Below are positions 25,762 to 36,727 of a stretch of DNA of 64,000 nucleotides, piece by piece. The stretch is taken from contig JBILLF010000001.1 of assembly GCA_044376225.1 (NCBI GenBank), forward strand, positions 7,653 to 71,652. The letters are read 5' to 3'. A model generated the notes under the pieces. It was not told the DNA's origin, searched no databases, and saw nothing but the letters and a program-made list of their open reading frames with translations. A program made the position numbers and the translations under genes. This DNA comes from Patescibacteria group bacterium. Lineage in GTDB: Bacteria; Bacteroidota; Ignavibacteria; Kapaibacteriales; Kapaibacteriaceae. Every line of letters begins with the position of its first letter. Positions within the stretch are counted from its first letter, which is position 1.

Positions 25762-28653
25762 ATGCCCAAACTTCGACTCCGAAACGTTGTCCACCTTGCC
25801 CTCTGCATGCTCTTGCTTGCAACAGCACAACGTCTTTCAGCCCAACAGCTTCCGATTGAGAACATGGTTGTTGAAGGTCGATTACTTCCAGTGCTGTCGA
25901 ATCGTCTCATTGTGCGGACGCTCAACAGTCGCCGACTTGAGGAGGTCAACGCCGATCTTCCACCGGGCTTTCGCGCTGACGGTCAACTTCTGACCCCTGA
26001 GCAGACCCAGTTCTTTTCTGCCAGCCCCCTGCTGAAGACACCGGCTGATCGTGAGGGAGGAGGCCTCATGGTGGCGTCTGCATCCGCGGCGGAGCTTCGA
26101 TCGGCTGAGGACCGGCTGACACGGACGTTCACACTGACGTTTGATGGCTTCGCAAGCGTTACTGCCGCTATGTCTGCGCTGAAGAAGTCGGGTCGGGATG
26201 TGGTTGAGGTCATCGAGCCGTGGTACGTCAATCGGCCATCGTCCGGTCCAAACGACCCAGGAGCGTCCGAACAGACCTTTCTGCAGACCATCAGACTTGC
26301 TGAAACATGGGACGTGTTCCGTGGGTCGGATTCCATCACGATCGGCATCAGCGATGATGGTGTGATGCAGACACATGAAGACCTGACGACAGCCATTGCG
26401 ACCAATTCGGGTGAGATCCCCAACAACGGAGTCGATGATGACGCCAACGGATACGTTGATGACTACCGGGGATACAACTTCACCTGGCAGCTTGAGTCGG
26501 ATGTACCCGGCAGCACCACGAGCAACTCGTCCTTCGGCCATGGAACACGCGTGGCCGGCCTGGCAGCGGCTGCTACCAATAACGGGATCGGCATCGTCGG
26601 TGCGGGGCTGCGGTCTCGCTTCTTTCCGTTGAAGACTGCCCTCAAAGACGGTGGTGGAATCGTCTTCGGATACCAGTCGCTGATCTATGCCGCCCAGCGC
26701 GGATTTGAGGTTGTGAACTGTAGCTGGGGACTTGTCAAGCCGGAGTCGGCCATCGACCAGTCGGTCATCGACTACTGTCTGGCACGTGGCACGCTGGTCG
26801 TGGCCTCGGCTGGTAATCATGGTGATGATGGTGCGGGTTCAGCGTTTCGGGATCGAAATTTCCCGGCCTCCTATGACGGCGTCTTTGGTGTGGGAGAGAC
26901 CACGCCGGACGACTTTGTGGTCTCCTCCAGCGGACTGGGTCGTAACAGCCGCGTTATGGCTCCGGGCAATGGTGCCTACACCACTGAGTCAGGCGGATCG
27001 TACACGGCCAACGGCGTCAGCGGTACCTCATTCGCCGCTCCAATCGTGGCCGGTGTAGCTGCTGTAGTCCGCGCGCGGTGGCCGGAATTGACGCCACGTC
27101 AGGTTGCAGCGCACATCTATCGTACCGCCGACGACATCACCTCGAAGAACAATGCCATCGAGGCTTTCATTTCCCCACGGGTGAACATGCTGCGGGCGGT
27201 TACTACAGAGCCCCTTTCCCATTCGTCGATGCGACTTGCATCAGTGCGGCAGCGTGTCTCATCGGGGACTCCGTACAATCGCTTCCGCATTGGGGACACC
27301 CTGTTGTTGGAGTTCGGTATCACCAATGACCTCGCACCAGGCAGTGCCGAGGTTGAACCGCGCATCGTGGACGCCAACGGCTGGAAGCTCCGCATTCTTC
27401 GTGAGCGTGATGCCCTCGGCATGGTTGCAACGGGTAGCACGGCGTGGACCCAACCATTTCCGTGTGTTGTGGAGACCATCGGCACGCGACCATGCCTTGT
27501 GCGCGTGGATGTAGCGGGGGAGAATGCCATTGAACGTGACTGGTACTATCTCGAGCCGCCGGCTGGAATTGCGCAGTTCGCCAACGACTCACTTTTGTAC
27601 TCGATGGCTGACGACGGCATGGTGGGATACTCCTCAACGCAGCCGGAACGTCAAGGCGACGGGTTCGGTAAAAGGCCGTCCTACCAACTGCTGTCACCGA
27701 GCGGGTTTTTCATGATCGGGGGGGCTGAGAAGTCTGTTTCGGCATTCAAGAACGACCCGCCCTATACCTCGGATTTTACGGCTACCAAGCCCTTTGACGT
27801 TCTGCCGGATGCGGCACGGTGCCGCATGCAAGATGAGGCAGCGGCCGGTGCGATAGGCGTGACGGTAGAACAGACGTGTACGTTTCCAGCAAAGGACCAG
27901 TCTGCCACGATCTGGCGTGTCGATGTCAGTCCGCGCACGGCTGATTTGGCCGATCCTGCGGCAGGGTACCTCATGGACTGGGACATCGGCACGCGTGGGA
28001 GATCAAACCGAATCACAACCGACCCGGAAGCGCTCCCTCCGGCGCTGCGTGCGCCAAACCGTGCCGCTCATACCATCACCCGGATCGGCTACCCGGTAGC
28101 TGTGTGTGTTGCGGCGATCAGCGACGACCCCACCGACGTGGCCCAATCTGCCGGGTTCTACTACGCCACCTTCATCGATGATGCCGATGGGTTCTCTCAT
28201 GCCGACCGAGTTCGATTTCTCACCAGCGGTACAAGCATCTCTGAGTCCGATGAGGGCGACATTGCAGCAGTCATTGGCATGCGTCGTGGCAAGCCCCTTT
28301 CCATTGGGCAGACGTGGACATTTCGAATCGTGATCACCGTCGGACAGGACGATGAGTCGGCCCGCACTCTCATGCGGCAGATTCTCTCAACTGTCAGCGT
28401 CGGCGATCAAGCCGGTTCGACATCGTCTCTGCGCGTCGTACCCAACCCCGTGCACTCAACCGCTACCCTGTGCGGTATGCAGTCGGCCATTCGCTACTGC
28501 GTCGTCGATCAGCTCGGCCGCATTAGACTTCAGGATGTCCATGATGGGTCACCTGAGAAGAGCCTCGACGCATCGATGCTTGAGAAGGGGGCATACATGG
28601 TTGTCGTCGAGACAACAGATCATTCCATCCACACCACACGCTTTATCCGATGA
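25762..28653 (+). CDS. Subtilisin-like S8 serine peptidase with T9SS C-terminal domain (paralogue A)
   Basis: Start at MPKLRLRNVVHLALCMLLLATAQRLSAQ. Catalytic triad contexts are GISDDGV (Asp), HGTRVAG (His) and GTSFAAP (Ser). The CTD is VVPNPVHSTATL...GAYMVVVETTDHSIHTTRFIR. Confidence 0.88.
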   Translation: MPKLRLRNVVHLALCMLLLATAQRLSAQQLPIENMVVEGRLLPVLSNRLIVRTLNSRRLEEVNADLPPGFRADGQLLTPEQTQFFSASPLLKTPADREGGGLMVASASAAELRSAEDRLTRTFTLTFDGFASVTAAMSALKKSGRDVVEVIEPWYVNRPSSGPNDPGASEQTFLQTIRLAETWDVFRGSDSITIGISDDGVMQTHEDLTTAIATNSGEIPNNGVDDDANGYVDDYRGYNFTWQLESDVPGSTTSNSSFGHGTRVAGLAAAATNNGIGIVGAGLRSRFFPLKTALKDGGGIVFGYQSLIYAAQRGFEVVNCSWGLVKPESAIDQSVIDYCLARGTLVVASAGNHGDDGAGSAFRDRNFPASYDGVFGVGETTPDDFVVSSSGLGRNSRVMAPGNGAYTTESGGSYTANGVSGTSFAAPIVAGVAAVVRARWPELTPRQVAAHIYRTADDITSKNNAIEAFISPRVNMLRAVTTEPLSHSSMRLASVRQRVSSGTPYNRFRIGDTLLLEFGITNDLAPGSAEVEPRIVDANGWKLRILRERDALGMVATGSTAWTQPFPCVVETIGTRPCLVRVDVAGENAIERDWYYLEPPAGIAQFANDSLLYSMADDGMVGYSSTQPERQGDGFGKRPSYQLLSPSGFFMIGGAEKSVSAFKNDPPYTSDFTATKPFDVLPDAARCRMQDEAAAGAIGVTVEQTCTFPAKDQSATIWRVDVSPRTADLADPAAGYLMDWDIGTRGRSNRITTDPEALPPALRAPNRAAHTITRIGYPVAVCVAAISDDPTDVAQSAGFYYATFIDDADGFSHADRVRFLTSGTSISESDEGDIAAVIGMRRGKPLSIGQTWTFRIVITVGQDDESARTLMRQILSTVSVGDQAGSTSSLRVVPNPVHSTATLCGMQSAIRYCVVDQLGRIRLQDVHDGSPEKSLDASMLEKGAYMVVVETTDHSIHTTRFIR

Positions 28654-31487
28654 GATTGCTTGCCGCTGCATGGATGATAGTCTGCGCCTTCAGTGCCCAG
28701 GCCCAGTTTGATACGTGGCCGCGGCAGCTGCCATATCGTCCCGACCCTGTACTCAAGGGCAAGCTTAAGGTTCGCTTGGCGCGCGAGTATGCCTGGCAGG
28801 CGCCGCAGGTGTTGGCTGAGATGGGGCTAACCATCGTTGCTCCGATCCTACCATTCGAGCAGTCACTGACGTCTGCCCGACAAAACTTGCTCTCATCTCA
28901 GCGGCAGAGATCGATGAATCTCGACGAAGCACTTAATGTCGAAGAACGTCTCCTGCGCTCCTTCGTCGTCGAGTACGACCGACCCGAGATCCCTCCCGAA
29001 CAGATCATCGCCCGTCTTCACACAGGATGTGGTCCGATTGAATGTGCAGCCCCGTGGTGTGTGTATGATCTAGCCGGCGAACCCAACGATCCCGAACGGA
29101 CAAAGCAGGACTTGCTTCGCACTGTTGGCGCCTATGCCGCTTGGGATGTGGAGCCGGGTAGCGATTCGGTGATCATCGGTATCATCGATAGCGGAGTGCG
29201 CACTGAACATGAAGATCTCGTCGATGCGATCTATAAGCGCATGTCTGAGATCCCGGGCAACGGCATAGACGATGATGCCAACGGGTACATCGATGACCAC
29301 CGCGGATACAACTTCTCGTGGAAGGAAGACTCCACATCTGCCGGTGATGCGTTTAACCCTAACAATGGACACGGAACGGGTGTTGCTGGTCTGTGCGATG
29401 CCACAGCTAACAACGGTCTGGGCATTGCGGGACTGGCCGGACGTTGCCAGATCTTTCCTCTGCGCACGATGCCAAAGGGAACTTCCGGAATCGTGTTTGG
29501 CTATGAGGCCATCATGTACTGTGCCCTGAATGGTTTTGACGTGGTTAACTGCTCCTGGGGCGGACAGTCTTCATCTTGCATTGATCAGGACGTGATCTCC
29601 TACGCCGTTGCCCGCGGTACGGCTATTGTGGCCGCAGCGGGCAATCACTATTCGCCAACGCCGTTCTACCCCGCAAGCTACCGTGGCGTGCTCGGCGTTG
29701 GGGTTGTAGATCCCTCCGACAACGTCATTCCCATGACCGGCAGAGGGCCCACGGTCGATCTCATGGCACCGGGTCACATCAGCTGGACAACGGCAAACAA
29801 CGGTGCGTACGACGGTTTCTGCTGCACTTCGGGGTCGTCACCTCTAGCTGCTGCTGTCGTTGGTCTCGTTCGCTCGAAGCATCCACAGCTGGGTCCGCTT
29901 GAGGCCTGCGCGATGGTGCGCGATGCCGTTGATGAAGCTCCATGGGCAACGATCCCTCAGGAGATCGATCGGCGGCAGCTTCCGCGTGGACGTCTGAATG
30001 CACTCAAGGCCGTGACCTTTCACCCCGATACGGTGGTGTCGATCGAGGTTGATACCGTGGAGCTCTTCGCCAAGAGCGGTGCCCAGCGTTGGAATATCGG
30101 TGATACGCTTTCAGCCCGCATCGGACTGATCAACCGCCTCGCCCCCTGGACCATGCAGATCATTGGTGTGGAGGGTGTTAGCGGTGATGGACGTGATGCC
30201 CTGCGCATAGTGACCGATGCCGGCCAGATCACCAGTCGCGAGATTGCTGCGGGAGAGCGGTTCTTTCTTCCCAAGCAGGATTTTGTGGTGACCAACGAAA
30301 CCGATACGTCCGCCTATATCCACATGCGGCTGCTTGGGAAGGACCGCACCGGTGCGGTCATCAGTCGTCAGTACAGCTACGCCGTTACCCCGGCACCGGC
30401 ATATACGACTCTTGCCAACAGGGATGTACGGGTGAGCGTCGGTGATCGTGGCCGTATTGGCAATACAGATCTCGAGCGCGGCCAAGGCGAGGGTTTTCGC
30501 TACCGTGACTTCTGCGGACAGCTCTATGAAGGGGGCCTGATGGTTCACGCCAACGGCCGAACCGTTGATGCCGTGCGATCGCTCAAGCGCAACAACGATC
30601 ACTTCCGTCCCGTACAACGGTTTGCCGGAAAGCATGCGATCTCTGGTGTCGTCAGCGATGCCGATGCTCCGGACTCGCTGCGCATCGGGGTGGAGGTTGA
30701 ACTGGGCGTCGAGCTAGACTCAACAAGCAATGTTCTGCGCATCGATGCAACCATTACCAATCGGAGTGATACCACGCTTCATGACCTGGCCGTGGCGTGG
30801 TTCTATGACTGGGATCTGGGACGTCAGCCAGCGCGAAACAGAACCTACGGGGGTGAGGATGGGAGCCCGTTTCAGTATGTCGCAGCACTTGGCCAGCAGC
30901 AACCGGTTGTGGCCATGTACTGTGAATCACCCTACAGTGACGGCCGCCCCCTGCTTGCAGGAATCGATAACACAACCACCTACGGCGGCTTTGCCACCGA
31001 GACCAAGACCGAGATTTTGCGTGATCCGGACCGGTTCAGATATGAGGAAGTGAACGACGTGGCGACGGTCACCGGGATGCGCTTTGCAATGCCGGTTCCC
31101 CCCAAGCAACGAAGGTCATTCCGGCATGTCATCGTCATCGACACGTCGATGGCAAACATCGCCACCCTCCTCGGGCAGAATACCTGGGCATCGGGGCAGC
31201 GTCCGACGGATTCGCTATTCAGAGCCGCTGAAGCAGACCCGATCTTTCCCAATCCCGCGTCTGATGTCGTTTACATACCAGTCGAGGATTATTTCCAAGT
31301 GCCGCTTGTCTTCGAGATCTGCGACGTCACCGGACGTCGGCAGCTGGTTGATCAGTTGGGTCGTATGCCGTACCGGATGCCCTTCCTGCATCCGATCAAT
31401 GTTGCCGAACTCGGTTCCGGCACATACTATGTCAGGATCAGTAATGGCCCGGCGACGCAGACCTGGCCACTTGTGATCGTCCGTTGA
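28650..31487 (+). CDS. Subtilisin-like S8 serine peptidase with T9SS C-terminal domain (paralogue B)
   Basis: ATGA overlap with paralogue A. Contexts are GIIDSGV, HGTGVAG and a Ser context CTSGSSP. It shares the DDDANGY(V/I)DD.RGYNF.W block with A. The CTD is IFPNPASDVVYIP...GTYYVRISNGPATQTWPLVIVR. Confidence 0.85.
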   Translation: MRLLAAAWMIVCAFSAQAQFDTWPRQLPYRPDPVLKGKLKVRLAREYAWQAPQVLAEMGLTIVAPILPFEQSLTSARQNLLSSQRQRSMNLDEALNVEERLLRSFVVEYDRPEIPPEQIIARLHTGCGPIECAAPWCVYDLAGEPNDPERTKQDLLRTVGAYAAWDVEPGSDSVIIGIIDSGVRTEHEDLVDAIYKRMSEIPGNGIDDDANGYIDDHRGYNFSWKEDSTSAGDAFNPNNGHGTGVAGLCDATANNGLGIAGLAGRCQIFPLRTMPKGTSGIVFGYEAIMYCALNGFDVVNCSWGGQSSSCIDQDVISYAVARGTAIVAAAGNHYSPTPFYPASYRGVLGVGVVDPSDNVIPMTGRGPTVDLMAPGHISWTTANNGAYDGFCCTSGSSPLAAAVVGLVRSKHPQLGPLEACAMVRDAVDEAPWATIPQEIDRRQLPRGRLNALKAVTFHPDTVVSIEVDTVELFAKSGAQRWNIGDTLSARIGLINRLAPWTMQIIGVEGVSGDGRDALRIVTDAGQITSREIAAGERFFLPKQDFVVTNETDTSAYIHMRLLGKDRTGAVISRQYSYAVTPAPAYTTLANRDVRVSVGDRGRIGNTDLERGQGEGFRYRDFCGQLYEGGLMVHANGRTVDAVRSLKRNNDHFRPVQRFAGKHAISGVVSDADAPDSLRIGVEVELGVELDSTSNVLRIDATITNRSDTTLHDLAVAWFYDWDLGRQPARNRTYGGEDGSPFQYVAALGQQQPVVAMYCESPYSDGRPLLAGIDNTTTYGGFATETKTEILRDPDRFRYEEVNDVATVTGMRFAMPVPPKQRRSFRHVIVIDTSMANIATLLGQNTWASGQRPTDSLFRAAEADPIFPNPASDVVYIPVEDYFQVPLVFEICDVTGRRQLVDQLGRMPYRMPFLHPINVAELGSGTYYVRISNGPATQTWPLVIVR

Positions 31488-31524
31488 TCTCCAGTCTTGC
31501 GATGGCAGGGGGCTGGTCGTAGCG

Positions 31525-31532
31525 TATTTTTG
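31525..31532 (+). promoter_or_regulatory. TATTTTTG (TAnnTTTG) motif 5 nt upstream of the enoyl-CoA hydratase ATG
   Basis: Exact motif followed by GCCCC and then the ATG at 31538. No Shine-Dalgarno can fit. Confidence 0.4.
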
Positions 31533-31537
31533 GCCCC

Positions 31538-32308
31538 ATGAGTATCCTGCTAACGTCCGTTGCCGATGGCATCGGATCCATTACGATGAACCGTGCCGAG
31601 AAGCGTAATGCGCTCAGCACCGAGCTCATAGCGGCGTTGCATTCGGCGTTTGACGCCATGCGGGATAATGCTGATGTGAGGGTGATCGTGCTTCGCGGAG
31701 AGGGACCCGCCTTTTGTGCCGGGGCTGATCTTGCCTACCTGCAGCGCATATCTGAGATGTCGCCCCTGGATAACGTGGATGACTCGACATCCTTGAAGAA
31801 CATGTTCCAGGCCATTGTGGACTGTCCCAAGCCCGTCATCGCCATGGTGCATGGTCCGGCCATTGCCGGCGGATGCGGTCTTGCCACCGTCTGCGACATC
31901 GTGGTTGCGGCCCGTTCGACGGCTGTGTTCGGATACTCGGAAGTGCGTATCGGGTTCATCCCGGCCATTGTTCTGGTGTATCTGGTTCGCAAGATCGGCG
32001 ACACCCGCGCACGGCGACTATTGCTGACGGCCGAGAACATTGGAGCTGATGAGGCCCGTGAACTTGGCATGATCTCGCATGTTGTGGATGATGAGAACCT
32101 CGAACAGGAGACGATGCAGATAGCGCGACGTCTTGTCAGAAACAGCGCTTCGGCAATGGCGATGACCAAATCAATGCTTCATGCCGTGCAGGGGATGTCT
32201 CTTGATGCCGGCCTACACTATGCAACTGTAATGAACGCCATGGCCCGTCAGACCGATGACTGCCGCAAGGGTATTTCGGCGTTTTTGAATTCACAAAAGG
32301 GATCGTAA
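31538..32308 (+). CDS. Enoyl-CoA hydratase/isomerase (crotonase) family protein
   Basis: 256 aa. FCAGADL and VHGPAIAGGCGLA oxyanion-hole motifs. Confidence 0.88.
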   Translation: MSILLTSVADGIGSITMNRAEKRNALSTELIAALHSAFDAMRDNADVRVIVLRGEGPAFCAGADLAYLQRISEMSPLDNVDDSTSLKNMFQAIVDCPKPVIAMVHGPAIAGGCGLATVCDIVVAARSTAVFGYSEVRIGFIPAIVLVYLVRKIGDTRARRLLLTAENIGADEARELGMISHVVDDENLEQETMQIARRLVRNSASAMAMTKSMLHAVQGMSLDAGLHYATVMNAMARQTDDCRKGISAFLNSQKGS

Positions 32309-32312
32309 TTCA

Positions 32313-33233
32313 ATGAACCGTTCCATCTCCATGCGTCTCGTCGGACTTTGCGTTTCCATCGTTACGATCGTTGCACCAGTTTTTGCCCAGCAGGCAAATC
32401 TGAACTTAGAGGGCTTTGTTCGCGACTCGGTAACAGGTAACCCGCTCGGCTGTAAGCTTCACATCTATGCCCCATCGGGCAAGCGGATCTCGATCAGTTC
32501 GAACTCAAAGGACGGGAGCTATCTGCAGACCCTTGGAGAGGCGGGGCCGCACAAGATCGTTATCGCCGGAAACAGCGTGTACCGCAAAGAGGTCGTCGTT
32601 GATATCCCGAAGTCTGAACGGTTTAAGGTCGTAAAGCATGATTTCGCCGTTCGAGAAATTGTTGAAGGTGGCCTGTTGAGTTCTACCCTGCGGGGATTTG
32701 ATCTGAATCAGTCAACGTTGTCCAGCGACGGACGCAAGGCCATTGAGGACCTGGCGAAGATCCTGGAGGTGAATTCGACGATGAACGTCGTTGTGACCCT
32801 GATGGGTGACGAGGACCGATTGTCTGCTCTGCGTGCGGCTACTCAGGCAGAGTACCGCAAACAGTATGACGCGTGGACGAAGGCAGTCAAAAAGCTCAAG
32901 AAGGGACAGACACCTCCAACAGAACCCGTGATGCCAGCTGATCCAGTCGATCCCAATATCGATCTCATCGAGCAGCGCAAAGCGAGCATTGTGGAGATGC
33001 TCAAGAAGGTCAAGTCGTCGGACGTTCGCGTCAGCTATGTTAGCAAGCCCATTGCCGTCGAACAGGTCACCCCTACGCCTGTTGCTGACCCATCCGCAAC
33101 CGTTGCCGGCAAGAAGGGTAAGAAAGACAAGAAGGCGGCCTCTGCACCGCCCCCTGCCAAGGCGAAGTCCACGGTATCTGTCGAGCCGAATCTGGTGATC
33201 ACGATTGGCAAGGTGCGTGGCCTGTACGATTGA
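32313..33233 (+). CDS. Secreted hypothetical protein (carboxypeptidase-regulatory-like N-domain, Lys/Pro-rich tail)
   Basis: Signal peptide LVGLCVSIVTIVAPVFAQ, then a CRD-like segment (LEGFVRDSVTGNPLGCKLHIY...DGSY). A short OmpA_C-like beginning (FDLNQSTLSSDGRKAIEDLAKIL...VTLMGDED) is followed by a K-rich low-complexity region. Confidence 0.6.
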   Translation: MNRSISMRLVGLCVSIVTIVAPVFAQQANLNLEGFVRDSVTGNPLGCKLHIYAPSGKRISISSNSKDGSYLQTLGEAGPHKIVIAGNSVYRKEVVVDIPKSERFKVVKHDFAVREIVEGGLLSSTLRGFDLNQSTLSSDGRKAIEDLAKILEVNSTMNVVVTLMGDEDRLSALRAATQAEYRKQYDAWTKAVKKLKKGQTPPTEPVMPADPVDPNIDLIEQRKASIVEMLKKVKSSDVRVSYVSKPIAVEQVTPTPVADPSATVAGKKGKKDKKAASAPPPAKAKSTVSVEPNLVITIGKVRGLYD

Positions 33234-33362
33234 GTAGGTGTGCATAATATCGACCCGACGTCGGAAGATTGACGCAGTATATTTCGCACACTCAGTCGAA
33301 ACAGAACGGCAGGCTTATCGTCATTGTCCGGAACTCACCACGTTCCGAAGGGTAGTCAGGTC

Positions 33363-35882
33363 ATGGAAGGTAATTTTTCAAATCGTGTTCAGGATGTCAT
33401 CCGACTCAGCCGGGAAGAGGCGCTTCGTCTGGGGCACGATTACATCGGCACCGAACACCTACTGCTCGGGATCATCCGCGAGGGTGAGGGGATTGGAATC
33501 AAGATCCTACGCAACCTTGGCGTTGAGCTGGGCAAGCTGAAGAAGGCCATCGAGGATACCGTGCGGACCATGAGCGGACCGCTGACGATCGGGAATATTC
33601 CGCTCACCAAGCAGGCCGAGAAGGTACTTAAGATCACCTATCTTGAGGCCAAGCTCTATCGTGCCGATGTGATCGGCACCGAACATCTGCTCTTGTCGCT
33701 ATTGCGCGACGAGGACAATATTGCCGCACAGATCCTCGGTCAGTTTTCCGTCAACTACGATGCCGTGCGCAAGGAGCTTGATGCGTATCTCAGCGGCCGG
33801 CAAAGCCCAGCACCAGTGCGTTCAGAACGTGGTAGCAGTTCTGCGCCGCGTCCGGCCGCAACTGAGCGTGCCAAGACGCCGGTACTTGACAACTTTGGAC
33901 GTGACCTTACCAAGCTTGCTGTTGAAGGCAAGCTGGATCCGGTGATCGGCCGTGAGAAAGAGATTGAGCGCGTTGCTCAGGTGCTCTCCCGCCGGAAGAA
34001 GAACAACCCCGTGCTCATTGGAGAGCCCGGCGTTGGTAAGACCGCCATTATCGAGGGACTGGCCATCCGGATCATCGACAAGAAGGTTTCGCGTGTTCTG
34101 TTTGATAAGCGCATCGTGACCTTAGACCTTGCCGCTCTTGTAGCCGGAACCAAGTACCGTGGTCAGTTTGAAGAGCGCATGAAGGCTGTGATGAGTGAGC
34201 TTGAAAAGGCCAAGGACGTGATCCTGTTTATCGACGAGCTCCATACGATCGTCGGGGCAGGGGGTGCGAGTGGGTCACTCGACGCTTCAAATATGTTCAA
34301 GCCGGCTCTTGCGCGGGGAGACATCCAATGCATTGGAGCAACGACGCTGGATGAGTACCGTCAACACATTGAGAAGGACGGCGCACTTGACCGTCGTTTC
34401 CAGAAGATTCTTGTCGAGCCTCCAACGGTAGATGAGGCGATTCAGATCCTTCATAACGTCAAAGACCGCTACGAGAAACACCACGGTGTGCGTTACTCGG
34501 ATGAGTCCGTGCGCTCTTGTGTGATGATGGCTGACCGCTACATTACCGATCGGTTCCTGCCCGACAAAGCCCTTGATGTGATGGATGAGGCTGGGGCGCG
34601 TGTTCACCTTGCCCATATCCATGTGCCGAAGGAAGTTCTTGACCTTGAGACAAAGATCGAAGAGCTTCGTGTTCTGAAGAACTCGGTGGTCAAGTCTCAA
34701 AACTTCGAAGAAGCTGCGCGTTTGCGTGACCTCGAGAAGAAGTACCAGACTGAACTCGAGCAGGCCAAGACCGAGTGGGAGTCCACCAGTTCTGATGTCG
34801 TGTTCGATGTTTCCGAAGAAGATGTTGCCGACGTGATCGCGATGATGACCGGAATCCCGGTCAACCGTATCGCCGAGGGCGAGACCGCCAAGCTCCTGAA
34901 GATGGCTGATGAGCTTCGTTCCCAGGTGATTGGTCAGGATGAAGCCGTTGAGCATCTTGCGAAGGCGATCCGCCGGGCTCGCGCGGGTCTAAAAGACCCG
35001 TCCCGTCCGATCGGATCATTCATGTTCCTCGGTCCAACAGGCGTTGGCAAAACCGAGTTGGCCAAAGCTCTTGCCCGGTACATGTTCGACAGTGAGGATG
35101 CGATGATTCGCATCGACATGAGCGAGTACATGGAGAAGTTCTCTGTCTCGCGTCTTGTGGGTGCCCCTCCGGGATATGTCGGGTACGAAGAGGGTGGTCA
35201 GCTCACCGAAAAGGTGCGCCGCAAGCCGTATTCGATTGTGCTTCTTGATGAAATCGAGAAAGCCCATCCAGATGTCTTCAACATCCTTCTCCAGGTGTTC
35301 GACGACGGACAGCTCACTGACGGCCTGGGGCGCAGGATCGACTTCAAGAACACGATCATCATCATGACGTCGAACGTAGGCATGCGCGATGTCAAGGCCG
35401 GCGGACGCATTGGTTTTACCACCGATGAAGCAGCCGACAGTTACGAGAACATGAAATCGACGGTTGAAGAGACCATGAAGCGGCTGTTCAACCCAGAGTT
35501 TCTGAACCGTATCGATGAGTACGTGATCTTCCGACAGCTCAAGAAAGAGCACATGGTCCGGATCATTGAGCTCCAGCTCAAGCGACTTCTGACGCGCCTG
35601 AGTGCCCGCAGCATCACGCTCGATCTTGCCAAGACGGCCAAGGAGTTTCTGGCAGAGAAGGGATTTGACGAGAAGTATGGTGCCCGCCCCCTGCGGCGGA
35701 CAATCCAGCGCTTCGTCGAAGATCCGATCGCCGAAGAAGTTCTGCGAGGGGGCTTCCCCGACGGAAGCACCATCAGAGGCAAGCTTGACAAGAAAACCTC
35801 GACGATCATCTTCACGTCTGCCAAGTCCAGGGCGGGTGATGCGCTTGAAGAGCCGGAAGAGGCCGAAGCGCACGAAGACTGA
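33363..35882 (+). CDS. clpC: ATP-dependent Clp protease ATP-binding subunit ClpC (Clp/Hsp100 class I)
   Basis: Start at [20 protein letters not shown] (double Clp_N repeat). Two AAA+ modules ([18 protein letters not shown]) and an IGF loop (GGRIGFT) for ClpP docking. Confidence 0.9.
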   Translation: MEGNFSNRVQDVIRLSREEALRLGHDYIGTEHLLLGIIREGEGIGIKILRNLGVELGKLKKAIEDTVRTMSGPLTIGNIPLTKQAEKVLKITYLEAKLYRADVIGTEHLLLSLLRDEDNIAAQILGQFSVNYDAVRKELDAYLSGRQSPAPVRSERGSSSAPRPAATERAKTPVLDNFGRDLTKLAVEGKLDPVIGREKEIERVAQVLSRRKKNNPVLIGEPGVGKTAIIEGLAIRIIDKKVSRVLFDKRIVTLDLAALVAGTKYRGQFEERMKAVMSELEKAKDVILFIDELHTIVGAGGASGSLDASNMFKPALARGDIQCIGATTLDEYRQHIEKDGALDRRFQKILVEPPTVDEAIQILHNVKDRYEKHHGVRYSDESVRSCVMMADRYITDRFLPDKALDVMDEAGARVHLAHIHVPKEVLDLETKIEELRVLKNSVVKSQNFEEAARLRDLEKKYQTELEQAKTEWESTSSDVVFDVSEEDVADVIAMMTGIPVNRIAEGETAKLLKMADELRSQVIGQDEAVEHLAKAIRRARAGLKDPSRPIGSFMFLGPTGVGKTELAKALARYMFDSEDAMIRIDMSEYMEKFSVSRLVGAPPGYVGYEEGGQLTEKVRRKPYSIVLLDEIEKAHPDVFNILLQVFDDGQLTDGLGRRIDFKNTIIIMTSNVGMRDVKAGGRIGFTTDEAADSYENMKSTVEETMKRLFNPEFLNRIDEYVIFRQLKKEHMVRIIELQLKRLLTRLSARSITLDLAKTAKEFLAEKGFDEKYGARPLRRTIQRFVEDPIAEEVLRGGFPDGSTIRGKLDKKTSTIIFTSAKSRAGDALEEPEEAEAHED

Positions 35883-35901
35883 TGTCGGTTGCCGTTGCGT
35901 A

Positions 35902-35924
35902 TCCGGCCTGATCTGCAGGCCGGA
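35902..35924 (+). terminator. Perfect 9-bp hairpin after clpC
   Basis: TCCGGCCTG-atctg-CAGGCCGGA starts 20 nt after the clpC stop. The trailing T-tract is weak (CCTTGTTCC). Confidence 0.45.
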
Positions 35925-35956
35925 CCTTGTTCCACCAACCCACCTCTGATGTCTGC

Positions 35957-36727
35957 ATGCCGACGATTGCCGACGAACTGGTTCGCTATCTGCACCAGCA
36001 GAAGCAGATGCATGGCTCGACGATGTATGCCGATCATATCGATCCGGCATCGATCGTGTGTGGCGGTGCAGACGACCTCGCAGTTGCTGACATGTCGACC
36101 TCCGGCGAGACCCTCACAGAGGTGTCTGTCAGCGACGTTGGTTCGAGCGGAGAACCTAAGATGAGTGCTACCACGCTTGAGGCGTTCCATAGTGACATCA
36201 GTGACTGCATGAAGTGTCCGCTTGGGGCAACCCGCACGAGCTTCGTGTTCGGTTCAGGTAATCCCAATGCCGACATCATGGTGATCGGTGAGGCTCCCGG
36301 CGCAGACGAGGATGCACAGGGGCTGCCGTTTGTGGGTCGGGCAGGTCAGCTGCTGACCAAGATTTTGGAGTCGATCGATCTGCAGCGCGACGAGGTCTAT
36401 ATCTGCAACATCCTCAAATGCCGTCCGCCGAATAACCGCAAGCCCCTTACCGGTGAAACGGATTCGTGCGAACCATACCTCTGGAAGCAGATCGATCTGA
36501 TTCGTCCCAAGTTCATTCTTGCGTTGGGATTGACGGCATCGCATACGCTCCTCAAGACCTCGGAGACCATGACGGCTCTTAGGGGGAGGATCCACGACTA
36601 TCAGGGCATCAAGACCATCGTTACCTACCACCCCGCAGCTCTGCTGCGCAATCCCGAGTGGAAAAAGCTGGTATGGGAAGATGTCAAGTTCCTCCGCTCA
36701 TTGTATCAGGAAGCGAAATCAACATGA
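35957..36727 (+). CDS. udg: Uracil-DNA glycosylase, family 4 (Fe-S type) with acidic N-terminal extension
   Basis: [45 protein letters not shown]. Start chosen at the first ATG after the clpC hairpin; the true start is uncertain. Confidence 0.8.
   Translation: MPTIADELVRYLHQQKQMHGSTMYADHIDPASIVCGGADDLAVADMSTSGETLTEVSVSDVGSSGEPKMSATTLEAFHSDISDCMKCPLGATRTSFVFGSGNPNADIMVIGEAPGADEDAQGLPFVGRAGQLLTKILESIDLQRDEVYICNILKCRPPNNRKPLTGETDSCEPYLWKQIDLIRPKFILALGLTASHTLLKTSETMTALRGRIHDYQGIKTIVTYHPAALLRNPEWKKLVWEDVKFLRSLYQEAKST

Noticed and set aside
25719-25949. 77-codon N-terminal extension of the dnaX ORF
   Set aside because: Homology starts at MSEHQQYIVTARKWRP. The extension would also run through the divergent peptidase gene's start.
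25882-26820. 312-aa minus-strand ORF inside S8 peptidase A
   Set aside because: Antisense to a gene with a clear catalytic triad. No motifs, no ribosome-binding site context. A typical GC-rich artefact.
33330-33362. CtsR-like heptad repeat (GTCA..GGTCA) before clpC
   Set aside because: It does not match the GGTCAAA-N3-GGTCAAA consensus, and CtsR is a Firmicutes regulator. The 10-nt palindrome CCGACGTCGG at 33254-33263 was noted, but it is too short to interpret.
35016-36190. Long minus-strand ORFs (344 aa and 249 aa) overlapping clpC and udg
   Set aside because: They lie antisense to strongly recognisable genes. They have Arg/Gly/Ser/Pro-rich, motif-free translations, as expected for stop-poor antisense frames in GC-rich DNA.
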